Below are positions 42,372 through 54,102 of a DNA stretch of 64,000 nucleotides, piece by piece. The DNA is from the human T2T-CHM13v2.0 reference genome, Homo sapiens, in the NCBI RefSeq assembly GCF_009914755.1, contig NC_060936.1; one strand, given 5' to 3'. How positions within the stretch are numbered: the first letter of the stretch is position 1; each line of letters begins with the position of its first letter. The notes beneath the pieces are model-generated. The model had not been told where the DNA came from. It did not search any database and saw only the letters and a program-made list of their open reading frames with translations. The position numbers and the translations under genes are program-made.

Positions 42372-42824
42372 TGTCATGCGCGTCCGTGTGAAGAGACCAC
42401 CAAACAGGCTTTGTGTGAGCAACATGGCTGTTTATTTCACCTGGGTGCAGGCGGGCTGAGTCTGAAAAAAGAGTCAGAGAAGGGAGATAAGGGTGGGGCT
42501 GTTTTATAGGATTTGGGTAGGTAAAGGAAAATTACAGTCAAAGGGGGTTTGTTCTCTGGCGGGCAGGAGTGGGGGTCGCAAGGTGCCCAGTGGGGGTGCT
42601 TTTTGAGCCAGGATGAGCCAGGAAAAGGACTTTCACAAGGTAATGTCATCAGTTAAGGCAAGGACCGGCCATTTACACTTCTTTTTTGGTGGAATGTCAT
42701 CAGTTAAGGCGGGGCAGGGCATATTCACTTCTTTTGTGATTCTTCAGTTACTTCAGGCCATCTGGGCGTATATGTGCAAGTCACAGGGGATGCGATGGCT
42801 TGGCTTGGGCTCAGAGGCCTGACA
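42372..42824 (-). mobile_element. 3' LTR of HERV-H (LTR7 family)
   Basis: TG...CA termini, preceded by the PPT. AATAAA at 42431-42436 (minus). About 11 substitutions relative to the 5' LTR by manual count. Confidence 0.95.
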
Positions 42825-42837
42825 TTCCTGCCTTCTT
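42825..42837 (-). other. Polypurine tract of HERV-H
   Basis: Minus strand reads AAGAAGGCAGGAA immediately before the TG of the 3' LTR. Confidence 0.85.
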
Positions 42838-42979
42838 ATATTAATAAGAAAAATAAAACAAAATAATGGTAAAGTGTTGGGAAAATTTTGGGGGATGGTA
42901 TGGAGAGAGAATGGGCGATGTTTCTCAGGGCTGCTTCAAGCGGGATTAGGGGCGGTGTGGGAACCTAGAGTGGGAGAGA

Positions 42980-43075
42980 TTAAGCTGGAGGCAGGTCTTG
43001 TGGTAAGGGGTGATATTGTGGGGATGTTAGAAGAAACATTTGTCGTATAGAATGATTGGTGATGGCCTGGATACG
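42980..43075 (-). pseudogene. env: HERV-H env C-terminal remnant
   Basis: Translates to RIQAITNHSIRQMFLLTSPQYHPLPQDLPPA*, matching the recalled HERV-H Env tail. Most of env is deleted. Confidence 0.75.
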
Positions 43076-43499
43076 GTTTTGTATGAATTGTAAAAACTAA
43101 ATGGAATAACAGAAGGAGAAAAACAGGTATAAAAGGTCTAAGAATTGGGACGACTCAGGATGTCTGATTAGAGAGTGCTTAAGGAGATTCGGCATAGTCC
43201 TGCCAGCAAAGATTATTTATTTACTTCAAGAGTTAAGAGTGGCAGTTTGGGGATAGCACCAGGAGATATCAGCTGTGATGGCTTGGAAAAACAGTGTAAA
43301 CCGGCAGTGTAAACAAGAGCAGGGCATGTATGAGTAGTTGAGAACGGTGAATAGGAGTATGACTAGACAGAAAATAGTAGGGATGACAAGTTTTTTTTGG
43401 TGGGGGGCACAGTCTAAGTTGGTCGTCTGGTGTCTGGAATGAGACTGGGGCCTAATAAAAAGGAGCGTCTATACAGGAGCTTAAATGGGCTGTATTCTG

Positions 43500-45025
43500 A
43501 GAAGGGAAACTGGTAAAACTATTGTCCAGTCCTTTTTAAATTGGTGGCTGAGCTTGGTGAGGTGTGTTTTTAAAAGACCTTTAGTCCATTCTACTTTTCT
43601 TGAAGACGGAGGACCATAAGGGATATAAAGGTTTCACTGAATACTAAGAGCCTGAAAAACTGCTTGGCTGATTTGACTAATAAAGGCTCGTCTGTTATCA
43701 GACTATATTGAGGTGGGAAGGCTAAATTGAGGAATTATGTCTGACAGAAGGGAAGAAATGACTGCGGTGGCCTTCTCAGACCCTGTAGGAAAGGCCTTTA
43801 CTTATTCAGTGAAAGTGTCTATTTAGATTAAGAGGTATTTTAGTTTCCTGACTCGGGCATGTTGTTGAGAGGTTCTAAGAGGTGGGCTAGTGGCTTGTAC
43901 TATAGCATAACCTGCCTTTGCTGGTGTGTGGCGATTAGGCCTGGTGGAACCGCCATCAATAAATCAAGTGTGATCTGGGTGAGGAACAGGAAAGAAGGAA
44001 ATTTGGGGAAATGGGGTGAATGTCAGGTGGATCAGAGACATACAGTCATGGGGGTCAGGTGTGGTATCAGGAATAATATGGGAGGCTGGATTGATTGAAG
44101 TCCGGGCCAGGAACAATGGTAATTGTGGGAGACTCAACAAAGAGTGAGTATAGCTGAAGGAGCCAGGAAGCAGAAAGTATATGCGTCAGGTGTGAGGAAG
44201 AAAACAGATTTTGGAAGTTATGAGAACTGTAAAGAGTGAGTTGAGCATAGTTTGTGATTTTGAGGGCCTCTAAAAGTATTAAAGCAGCAGCAGCCACTGC
44301 ACGCAAACATGAGAGCTAGGCTAAAACAGTAAGGTCAAGTTGTTTGGACAGAAAGGCTACAGGGTGTGGTCCTGGCTCTTGTGTAAGAATTCTGACCGCG
44401 CTAACCATGCCTAGGAAGGAAAGGAGTTGTTTTGTAGAAGGTGCTGGGGTTTGAGAGATCAGTCGGACACGATTGGCAGGGAGAGCACGTGTGTTTTTAT
44501 GAGAATTATGCCGAGATAGGTAACAGATGAGGAAGAAATTTGGGCTTGATTGAAGTAATGGGGGCTGCCTGTGAAGCTTTGTGGCAGTACAGCCTAGGTA
44601 ATTTGCTGAGCTTGATGGGTGTCAGGGTCAGTCCAAGTGAAAGCGAAGAGAGGCTGGGATTAAGGGTGCAAAGGAATAGTAAAGAAAGCATGTTTGAGAT
44701 CTAGAACAGAATAATGGGTTGTAGAGGCAGGTATTGAGGATAGGAGAGTATATGGGTTTGGCACCACGGGGTGGATAGGCAAAACAATTTGGTTGATAAG
44801 GCAGAGATCCTGAACTAACTTGTAAGGCTTGTCTGGTTTTAGGACAGGTAAAATGGGGGAATTGTAAGGAGAGTTTATAGGCTTTAAAAGGCCATGCTGT
44901 AGCAGGCGAGTGATAACAGACTTTAATCTTTTTAAAGCGTGCTGCGGGATGGGATATTGGCGTTGAGTGGGGTAAGGGTGATTAGGTTTTAATGAGATGG
45001 TAAGGGGTGCATGATCGGTCACCAA
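43500..45025 (-). pseudogene. pol: HERV-H pol remnant (RT N-terminus, deleted middle, integrase fragment)
   Basis: ORF 44660-45025 has SPYNSPILPVLKPDKPYKLVQDL...YSVLDLKHAFFTIPL (RT motifs) and then stops; no YxDD was seen. An integrase-like YIPYGPPSSRKVEWTKGLLKTHLTKL lies near 43550-43630. Confidence 0.85.
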
Positions 45026-45178
45026 GGAGGGAGTAGAGGTATCTTATACTTGTGGGTTAAGGTCGGGGGATACAAGAGGAGGACACAAAGGAGGCTTTGG
45101 ATTGGGAAGAAGGGCGGCAATGAGATATAGCTGTGGTCCAGGAATAGTCAGGAAAGCAGATAATTTAGTTAAAGTGTC

Positions 45179-45403
45179 TCAGCCTAATAAGGGAACTGGG
45201 CAGGTGGGGATAACTAAAAAGGAGTGCTTAAAAGAGTATTGTCTAAGTTGGCACCAGAGTTGGGGAGCTTTAAGAGGTTTAGAAGCCTGGCCGTCAATAC
45301 CCACAACAGTTATGGAGGCAAGGGAAACAGGCCCTTGAAAAGAAGGTAATGTGGAGTGGGTAGCCTCCGTATTGATTAAGAAGGGGACGGGCTTACCTTC
45401 CAC
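45179..45403 (-). pseudogene. pro: HERV-H protease remnant, catalytically dead
   Basis: FLINTEATHS replaces the aspartyl-protease LxDTGA motif. VGIDG flap and CPVPLLG are present, followed by a stop. Confidence 0.85.
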
Positions 45404-45513
45404 TGTGAGAGTTACCCGAAGCTCGGCGTCCGTGATGGTCCAGGGGGCTTCCGAGGCGATCGGGCAGTGTCAGTCTTCAGCCGCTAAGACGAGAAGATCT
45501 GGGAAGGAGTCAG

Positions 45514-46700
45514 TCAGAGAGCCTTGGGCCAGAGTTCCAGGGGCTCTGGGAGTGGCTGCCAGGTGAGTTGAACAGTCTGATTTTCATGGGGTCCTACACA
45601 GATGGGACACGGCTTAGGAGGAATGCCAGGCTGCGGGCATTCCTTGGCCCAGTGGCCAGATTTCTGGCACGTGTAGCAAGCTCCTGTGGGAGGAGGTTCT
45701 GGAGGAACGCCTGGCCGCTGCGGTTCGGGCATTTGGAAGTTCTTGTGTGCTGGAGATGTGGCTGGGGTTTGTCTCACAGTGGAGGCAAGGAATTGCAACT
45801 TTTTTCTGTTATTGTACACCTTGAAGGCGAGGTTAATTAAGTCCTGTTGTGGGGTTTGAGGGCCAGATTCCAATTTTTGGAGTTTTATTTAATGTCGGGA
45901 GCAGATTGGGTAATAAAATGTATATTGAGAATAAGATGGCGTTTTGACCTTTTAGGGTCTAGGGCTGTAAAGCGTCTCAGGGTTGCTGCCAAACGAGCCA
46001 TGAACTGGGCCGGGTTTTTATATTTGATGAAAAAGAGCCTAAACGCTTCTGATTTGGGATAAAGAAAAAGGAGCATTAACCTTGACTATGCCTTTGGCTC
46101 CAGCCACCTTTTTAAGAGTAAATTGCTGGGCAGGTGGAGGAGGGCTAGTCACGGAACGAAACTGTAAGCTGGACCAGGTGTGAGGAGGGGAGGCGATAAA
46201 AAGATTACAGGGTGCAGGAGCGGAGGCTGAGGAAGAATTGGGACCTAGCTTGGGCTGGCGAGGAGGGGAGAGGTCAGATGGGTCTGTAGAAAAGGAAGAT
46301 TAGAAAGACTCAGCGACGCTTGGGGTTGGTACTGAGGGGACAGGCGGGAGGGAAAGAAAGAAGATTTGAGACGAGTTGCACTGGGCACAGAGACTAGGAA
46401 GGGACTGATGTGTAAAAGAATGCCTGGACGTCAGGCACCTCAGACCATTTGCCTATTTTACGACAATAATTATTTAGATTTTGCAGGATGGAAAAATTCA
46501 AAGTGCCATTTTCTGGCTATTTGGAACTACTGTCGAGTTTGTATTGGGGTCAAGTGGCATTGCCGAAGAAAATAAGGCATTTAGGTTTTAGGTCAGGTGT
46601 GAGTTGAAGAGGTTTTAAGTTTTTGAGAACACAGGCCAAGGGAGTAGAAGGAGGAATGGAGGGTGGAAGGTTGCCCATAGTGAAGGAAACAAGCCTAGAG
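45514..46700 (-). pseudogene. gag: HERV-H gag remnant (fragmented)
   Basis: ORF 45514-45873 contains QDLINLAFKVYNNR and the zinc knuckle CYTCQKSGHWAKEC (CX2CX4HX4C). The second knuckle CPICVGPH is broken. The gag-start-like MGNLPPSIPP lies in ORF 46550-47104. Confidence 0.85.
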
Positions 46701-47305
46701 AAAAGAGAGAGTAGAGAAATGGAGGGAAGGAGTTCGGGGGTTCTTACCTTCCAGAAAAGTGGGAAAAGGGGTTGGGGTGCAGAGATAAGAGGTCGGGGCA
46801 TGGAAATAAGGGATTGGGGCACAGAGATAAGAGGTTGGGGAGTGGAAATAAGAGATTGAGGGTTCTTGCCCCATAGAAAAGCGGAACTTGCCGCTAAGGG
46901 TGAAGGAGAAGGGGTTGAGGGGTACTTGCCCCTCTCCCAGAAAAGCAGAGAAGGGGTAGAGACAAGGAGAGAAGGGGTTGAGGTACTTGCCCCTTCCCCA
47001 GAAAAGCAGGACTTGCCGCTAAAGGTGAAGGACCAAGGCAGGCGTCCCTGCATGGTCTGACACCCTTGAAATGTGGGTGTATAATCAGAGAGGCGTCCCT
47101 GCAATGATTAAACACCAAGGGAAGGCTGCCTTCCCAGTCCGTGACCGGCGCCGGAGTTTTGGGTCCATGGATAAAACGTGTCTCCTTTGTCTCTCCCAGA
47201 AAATGAAAGGAATTGAAATTAAGAGAAGGGAGAGATTGAAGAGTGGAAAGGAGAAAGTGGTTGAGGGACAGTGAGAGAGGTTGGAGAAGAGAGTAAGAAG
47301 AGGCC

Positions 47306-47314
47306 GCTTACCTG
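47306..47314 (-). promoter_or_regulatory. HERV-H leader major splice donor
   Basis: Minus strand reads AAATCAG|GTAAGC with GT at 47311-47310. It is a near-consensus U1 site about 145 nt downstream of the 5' LTR. Confidence 0.85.
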
Positions 47315-47438
47315 ATTTAAAATTGGTGAGATGTTCCTTGGGCTGGTCGGTCTGAGGACCTGAGGTCGTAGGTGGATCTTTCTCACGGAGCAAAGAACAC
47401 AGGAGTACAGGGGATTGATCTCCCAAGGGAGGTCCCCG

Positions 47439-47456
47439 ATCCGAGTCACGGCACCA
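47439..47456 (-). other. Primer-binding site complementary to the tRNA-His 3' end
   Basis: Minus strand reads TGGTGCCGTGACTCGGAT, 2 nt after the 5' LTR. This defines the HERV-H group. Confidence 0.95.
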
Positions 47457-47458
47457 AA

Positions 47459-47911
47459 TTTCATGCGCGTCGGTGTGAAGAGACCACCAAACAGGCTTTG
47501 TGTGAGCAACATGGCTGTTTATTTCACCTGGGTGCAGGCGGGCTGAGTCTGAAAAAAGAGTCAGCGAAGGGAGATAAGGGTGGGGCTGTTTTATAGGATT
47601 TGGGTAGGTAAAGGAAAATTACAGTCAAAGGGGGTTTGTTTTCTGGCGGGCAGGAGTAGGGGTCGCAAGGTGCTCAGTGGGGGTGCTTTTTGAGCCAGGA
47701 TGAGCCAGGAAAAGGACTTTCACAAGGTAATGTCATCAGTTAAGGCAAGGACCGGCCATTTACACGTCTTTTGTGGTGGAATGTCATCAGTTAAGGTGGG
47801 GCAGGGCATATTCACTTCTTTTGTGATTCTTCAGTTACTTCAGGCCATCTGGGCCTATACGTGCAAGTCACAGGGGATGCGATGGCTTGGCTTGGGCTCA
47901 GAGGCCTGACA
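47459..47911 (-). mobile_element. 5' LTR of HERV-H (LTR7 family), candidate promoter
   Basis: Adjacent to the PBS. TATAAAA at 47589-47595 and AATAAA at 47518-47523 (minus strand). Ends in ...CATGAAA rather than ...CATGACA, as is common in HERV-H 5' LTRs. Confidence 0.95.
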
Positions 47912-49249
47912 GGGGTCTCATAAATACTGGGAAGCATATTGAGCGGCCCATGGAACCCATTCTGTGCTCTCTGTTGGGGTCTGCTGTAAAGTAGGCAGGG
48001 ACACCTGTTTTCCTCTTTGTCCTGGGCAGCAGCTGCTCCCACAGAACAGTCTCTGGGGAAGGGGTGGCACACACTGGTCAGTCCCTTTGTTTCTACTGCC
48101 TTTACCACCCTCCTGAGAATGTTTTCTTTCCTGCCTTTATTTTTCTTTACCTGTTTCATGTCAATGACCCATGGGGTTTAGGCAGTTCCTTTTGCCCTGC
48201 TTCCTCCATCTAATGCTTACCATCCATAAGTATTTGTATTTGGAAAGCAGACTGGATCCTGGTTTCCAGGTCATGTCGATTTTATGCATTATTATTTGTA
48301 ACCAGAGAATCTTCAGCTCCCAGTGGTCAATCTGTCTTCCATCCTGTCTTCCATGAAAGGGTTAACCTTAGGAAGCCTGTAAAGGCAGCACTGCTTCCCT
48401 TCTGCGTTCAAGGGCTGATAGGCTGCTGGGCTAACCATATTAGGAGTGTGTGAAGATTTAGCTCTGGGTGTACACAGCGGGAGCTCTCCTGTCAGTCTGA
48501 AAGGCAGGAGCTATATTTAGTAACAGGCACTTGGGAATAGCAGCTTAAACGTGGGAGTGGGTTGCTGGAATGCAGATGTGTAGTGAATCTCTACTCCAAT
48601 CCCCATGGAAGCTTTAAGCTGAAGCCTTAGGAGAGATCTGGGCTCTTCTTCCCCCCACCTTCTCCACATTGTCTGGATGGCATCCTTTGCAAGTCTAGAA
48701 AGCATAATGCAGTCCCTCTCGGCTCCGCTCCTTTTTTAACATGGAGAAAGAGAATTGTGATTGTTGAAAGAACCATCACTCAAAATGTTGTGAACAGTGA
48801 TTTTTCTCCCCTAAGAACTCACCTCCTTTCCCATATCTGGTTAACTAACCACTAATAGGATGAATGGAATAATTTTATTGCCCTATGATTTCTCCCCTTA
48901 GGAAATAAAAATAATCACCTCCCTTTTGTTTTGCAGGAATTTTTGGTAGTAGAAGTATTTTATTTCAGGTGATAGAGGTCCTTAGGTCTAGAAATGTCTT
49001 CTTTATGGAATGTAATTATATAATCAGGACATAATTATTATGTATGAAGTGATTTCTTATAAGTCTATGCAAATTTATACAAAATTCTATGAGAGTAAAA
49101 ATTAAGGAAAAATAGTCTTATAGATAAAGTTGTTAACACATTTAATGGTATGGAAGCAAATGCCTATTTAATTGACTCATGGCAGCTCTATTTTAAGGGT
49201 AATTTGTTTATCTAGAAATGATCAGTCCAGGGCAGCTTTTGGGCCCATT

Positions 49250-49357
49250 TCACTTTGCTTTGCTTCTTTCTCTTTTTTTTTTTTCTTTCTCCCTCTTCTT
49301 CCTTTCTTTCTCTCTCTCTCTCTCTTTCTGTTTCTCTCTCTCCTGTCTGTCTGTCTT
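49250..49357. repeat. CT-rich low-complexity tract
   Basis: Direct reading. Confidence 0.85.
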
Positions 49358-50369
49358 GGCTAAATTTGCCATTTCAATTGACTGAGACTTTAGTTTAAAT
49401 GAATAGACTAAGGTCATTTCTAACTTTGAGGTTTGGGAAACATGTAAACATTTAGAATATGGAGTTCTCCTTGTTTCCACATATTTACATCTGCTGTAAA
49501 TCTACTTAATTTCCCCAGATTATTCGGTAGTGGAGAGTTCTAGTCAAAATATCACATAGGCCTAAAGCTCTGGCTGGGAAGATCATCTGACTAAAAGGCA
49601 AAGCCCTTGTTTTTTTTCACTACCATCTACTACAGCCAGAATCCTTTCACTTCTGAGCTCCAGCTAGGAGGAGATGATTGGATTATTTAGATAACCCTGG
49701 TTAAAAGTAACAAAGTGTAGTGTAATCTAATATGTGTGATTATCTGGGGATCCTTGTTGGAAAAGAATCTCAAGGAATTTAGCTAGGTCAGCACACTCTC
49801 TTGGGGGCAGTGATAGGATTCAGCAAAAGTGTTCACAACAAATAGAAGACGTACATAGTGACCACAGATGGGAAATAGGGTTAACCTTGACACTCAGTAC
49901 AGACCCAGAGGGAGGTGGAAAAGCTGGGGGTGGGGGCAGATATTGGAGATGGAGTAGATTCAACAGAGGAGGCAAGGAAAGGCAACCGGGAAGGCTAAGG
50001 AATACAAATAGCCAGGGAGGGAAGCCCAGGAAAAGCTGGAGTCAGGAGGACACCCCACCAGAGATGATGGTGTCTGCAGAGGCAGGAAGATAGAGTATGA
50101 CATTAGGGAACTTCGGAAGGTAGTGTTGAGAGATCCAGGCCGGCAGCGAAGATGGTGAGATTGGCTAACCAGGTGCTAGGCTCCTACCATCATCTTGGGG
50201 TGGTAGTTTGAACGGGGGGTTGGGGAGGGAAAGGGGCAATGCAAGGCAGAGATGCATTCATTGAGGAACTAAAATAGTGAAGATTTCAAGGCAAAGATTC
50301 AGAGATAAATCAGTAAGAATCTAACTTCCAGAGAATTATAATTCATAGTAAGTGATCATTATAACTAGT

Positions 50370-50590
50370 GTTGATTGCCCATTATATGCTAAGCACTGCA
50401 AACACTGAGAGGGCACGTTGCATGCACTGTCTCCACTAATTTATACAGCAAGCTTATGAAATCCAATCTCTTATGTTCATTGTTAAACATGAGGAAACTG
50501 AGGCACCAAGTGGTACTTGACTCGTAAGTGATAGAGCTGGGATTTAAGCTCAGGTCTCTGACCAGAACCCCAAAACTTAATTGCTTCACT
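50370..50590 (-). mobile_element. MIR SINE
   Basis: ATGAGGAAACTGAGGCAC...GTGATAGAGCTGGGATTTAAGCTCAGGTCTCTGAC. Confidence 0.75.
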
Positions 50591-51917
50591 ATAGTAACTG
50601 CCAAACTGCTATAGATCTTAAAATCAGTTGGGGGTTTTATTTTAAGAAAAAGGTAGAAGCTCTTTTTCTAGAGTTGTTGTTTTTCTCACAGCAAATTGGA
50701 TCTGATGCTGTTAGTTGTCAAACATAAGTGCTCATTATATGCAAGGCATTGTGCTAAGTGCTGGGCCTGCAGAGATACTTTTGACATAGTAGCTGAAGAA
50801 ACATTATATAGACAAATACATGAATCACAACGTGATGTGATAAGTGCTTGGAGAGCCAGATATTAAGTGCTGATGGGAAAACTAAGGAGGAATGGAATTA
50901 GAGAAAGCTTGAAGACCGAAAATTTGAGGAGCCTGGAGGGAACAATAACAGCTCCCCGGGTGAATAAGGCCATGAAGAATGTCACAGGTGGAGAGGGGAG
51001 ATTTTTGAAGGTAGAAGTCATCAAGGATCTACAACCAGCCTGGCGTGGTGGGAAATGAACCTGAGAATGTAGATTGAAGCCATGTTATATGAAAGGCTTG
51101 TATGCCAGAGTAAGGAAATTAGAACCCCCTGAGTTCTGAACAAGAGCTCCTAAAATCACCTTGTCTTAAGGTCTGGACTGACCTCAGAGCTAGTGGGATG
51201 ATTCTGCAGGCCAGTCTAAGAAATGATACCTCGTGGGAAGAAAAGATCCCAAGACAAGCAACTGGCAGACCCTAATAAGAGCCAGGTAAACAGGGTCCAG
51301 GGTAAAGAATTTGTCCTGCAGGGTCATAACTGTTTTCTGGAATAAATAGATAAGTCATCCTCCTTTGCCCTATAACACTCTTAGCTCATTAGTCTGAGCT
51401 CCTGATGAAAACTTGTCTCAGTACTCACTAAGATTTTCAATTTCCTTCTTAACCTGTAAGAAGCTGATTAAATTAAGCACTATTGACATCCAGGCTCTTA
51501 AAATAGAAAATCATTTAAAGGGATGGGCAGTCTGAATAACAAATAGTGTCACTCTCTGGTTCTCCTTTCTGCCACCCTCCCTTGGTTCTAAAGATAGGAT
51601 ATTTAAATGGATGGAGCCCTGTAGGCTTGTAGGTTTCCCTGGTGAACTCAACTCTCCACCTGCTCAGTAGCTACTTGTTGAAGAAAATAACAGAACCAGG
51701 CTGATTAATTTTAAATTGATGCTTTAACCTTAAATTCTGGATAATAAACCTCAAATGAACACCTGACAATGGCCGGGAATTCTACTATGCTTCCATAGTG
51801 AGTGTACTTGCCTATTCTTTCAGATAGTTATTTCACACAATCTGCTCTCTCTTCCAACTTCCCACATCTCCCCTCTTCTTTTCAATGAATGACTTTGTCT
51901 TATTATTAAGAAAATTG

Positions 51918-52595
51918 GATCCAGTAATCCCAGTCTAGGTATAAATCTAAAGAAAATGAAATCAGTAGGTCAAAGATGTATCTGCACTCCCATGTCCATT
52001 GTAGCATTACTCACAATAGCTAAGATATGGAATCCACCTAAATGTCCATCAATAGATGAATGGCTAAGGAAAATGTGATATATATACATAATGGAATATG
52101 ATTCAGCCTTTAAAAAGAAGGAAATTTAGTCATTTGGGACAACATGGCTAAACCTGGAGGACATTATGTTAAGTGAAATAAGCCAAGCACAGAAAGACAA
52201 ATACAACCTGATCTCCCTTAGATGTGGAGTGTAAAAAAGTTGAACTCATAGAAACAGAGAGTAGAATGGTGATTACTGGGTGATGGGGGTATGGGGGATT
52301 GCCGGGGGAAATGCCAGTCAAAGGACAAAAAAATTTTAGTTTGGAGAAATAAGTTCAAGAGATCTGTTCTACAACACGGTGACTACAGTTAACAACGTGT
52401 TGAATTCTTAAAAATTGCTAAGAGAATAGATTTTAAGTGTTCTCACCATAAATATGTGAGGTAATGCATATAATAATTAGCTTCATTTAGACATTTCATG
52501 ATGTAAACATATTTCAAAACAACATTTTGTACACAATAAATACATGTGATTTTTTTGTCAGTGAAAAACAAATTATAAAAAAGAAAGAAAAGAAA
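51918..52595 (+). mobile_element. L1 3' end (L1MA-like), 5'-truncated
   Basis: ORF2 tail GATCCAGTAATCCC...CCTAAATGTCCATCAATAGATGAATGG...AACCTGGAGGACATTATGTTAAGTGAAATAAGCCA, then the 3' UTR and an A-rich tail. Confidence 0.88.
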
Positions 52596-52602
52596 AGCTC
52601 TT

Positions 52603-52900
<298 letters not shown>

Positions 52901-53192
52901 GAAAACCTCTCAGAGAAGATAACCTGATCTTCCTGCCGATCTTCCCTATAAATCTACACCTATGCACGTCAGAGGCCAGTTCCTGTACATCTGTGTTCTA
53001 TATCCTGTTCCCTTTTGAGGGACTTTATCCCTTCCATGAGTCTCTGTCACTTCTGTGTTGTCAATTTCTTTTTTTCTGGATCATTCTATCAGTGTACAAA
53101 CAGTCTTCAGTATCTTCTACCTTTAACAAAAATACCTTACATTTCCCAATCCCACATTTCCTTCCAAATATTGTGTCATTTCTTAGCTCTGA

Positions 53193-53486
53193 TTTTTTTT
53201 TTTTTTCTTTAAGATGGAGTCTCACTTTATCATCCAGGTGGGAGTGCAGTGGCACGGTCTCAGCTCACTGCACCCTCTGCCTCCCAAGTGATTCTCCTGC
53301 CTCAACCTCCCGAGTAGCTGGGACTACAGGCGTGCACCACCACACCTGGCTAATTTTTGTATTTTTAGTAGAGACAGGGTTTCACCATGTTGACCAGGCT
53401 GGTCTCGATCTCCTGACCTCAAGTAGTCCGCCCGCCATGGCCTCCCAAAGTGCCGGGATTACAGGCGTAAGCCACCAATCCCGACC
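53193..53486 (-). mobile_element. AluS
   Basis: Full Alu. TSD TTCTTAGCT(C/G)TGATTT. Confidence 0.92.
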
Positions 53487-53794
53487 TTCTTAGCTGTGAT
53501 TTATTGTGACTTATGGAACCAGTTGTTTAAATTTGGGCTGTTTACTTCCTCACCTCCTATTTCCCCTTAAAGTCATCCCAATTTGACTTCTTTTGCTACT
53601 ACTCTACTGAAAACTGTTCTTAGGCCTGTTTGGCACCTGTATAGGTACAGTTCAAGGGGTTTGGAGAAAAACACACATGTTGATTGACTTCACTTTAAAT
53701 GTGTGATCATTAACTACTAGCATGTCCTAAATGCTGCCCGGGACTTAGACTCCATTTCTCTCATTTATTCACCCTCCAAGCCTCTGAGTATTTC

Positions 53795-54102
<308 letters not shown>

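Larger units (their letters stand above)
42372..47911 (-). mobile_element. HERV-H endogenous retrovirus, two-LTR provirus with internal deletions (~5.5 kb, non-autonomous type)
   Basis: Two 453-bp direct-repeat LTRs starting TGTCAGGCCTCTGAGCCCAAGC on the minus strand. Perfect 5-bp TSD GGGGT at 42367-42371 and 47912-47916. His PBS, PPT and gag/pro/pol/env remnants are in proviral order. Confidence 0.97.

Noticed and set aside
46765-47030. Short spaced direct repeats resembling a CRISPR-like array
   Set aside because: They are degenerate tandem repeats of the HERV-H leader/pre-gag region in a mammalian genome, with no constant repeat/unique spacer structure and no cas genes.
47439-47456. tRNA-His-like sequence
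   Set aside because: It is only the 18-nt retroviral PBS, not a tRNA gene.
44067-47512. HERV-H ORFs as functional retroviral genes
   Set aside because: Gag is fragmented, the protease catalytic Asp is mutated (NTEA), RT stops before YxDD, and env is mostly deleted. Plus-strand ORFs are antisense noise.
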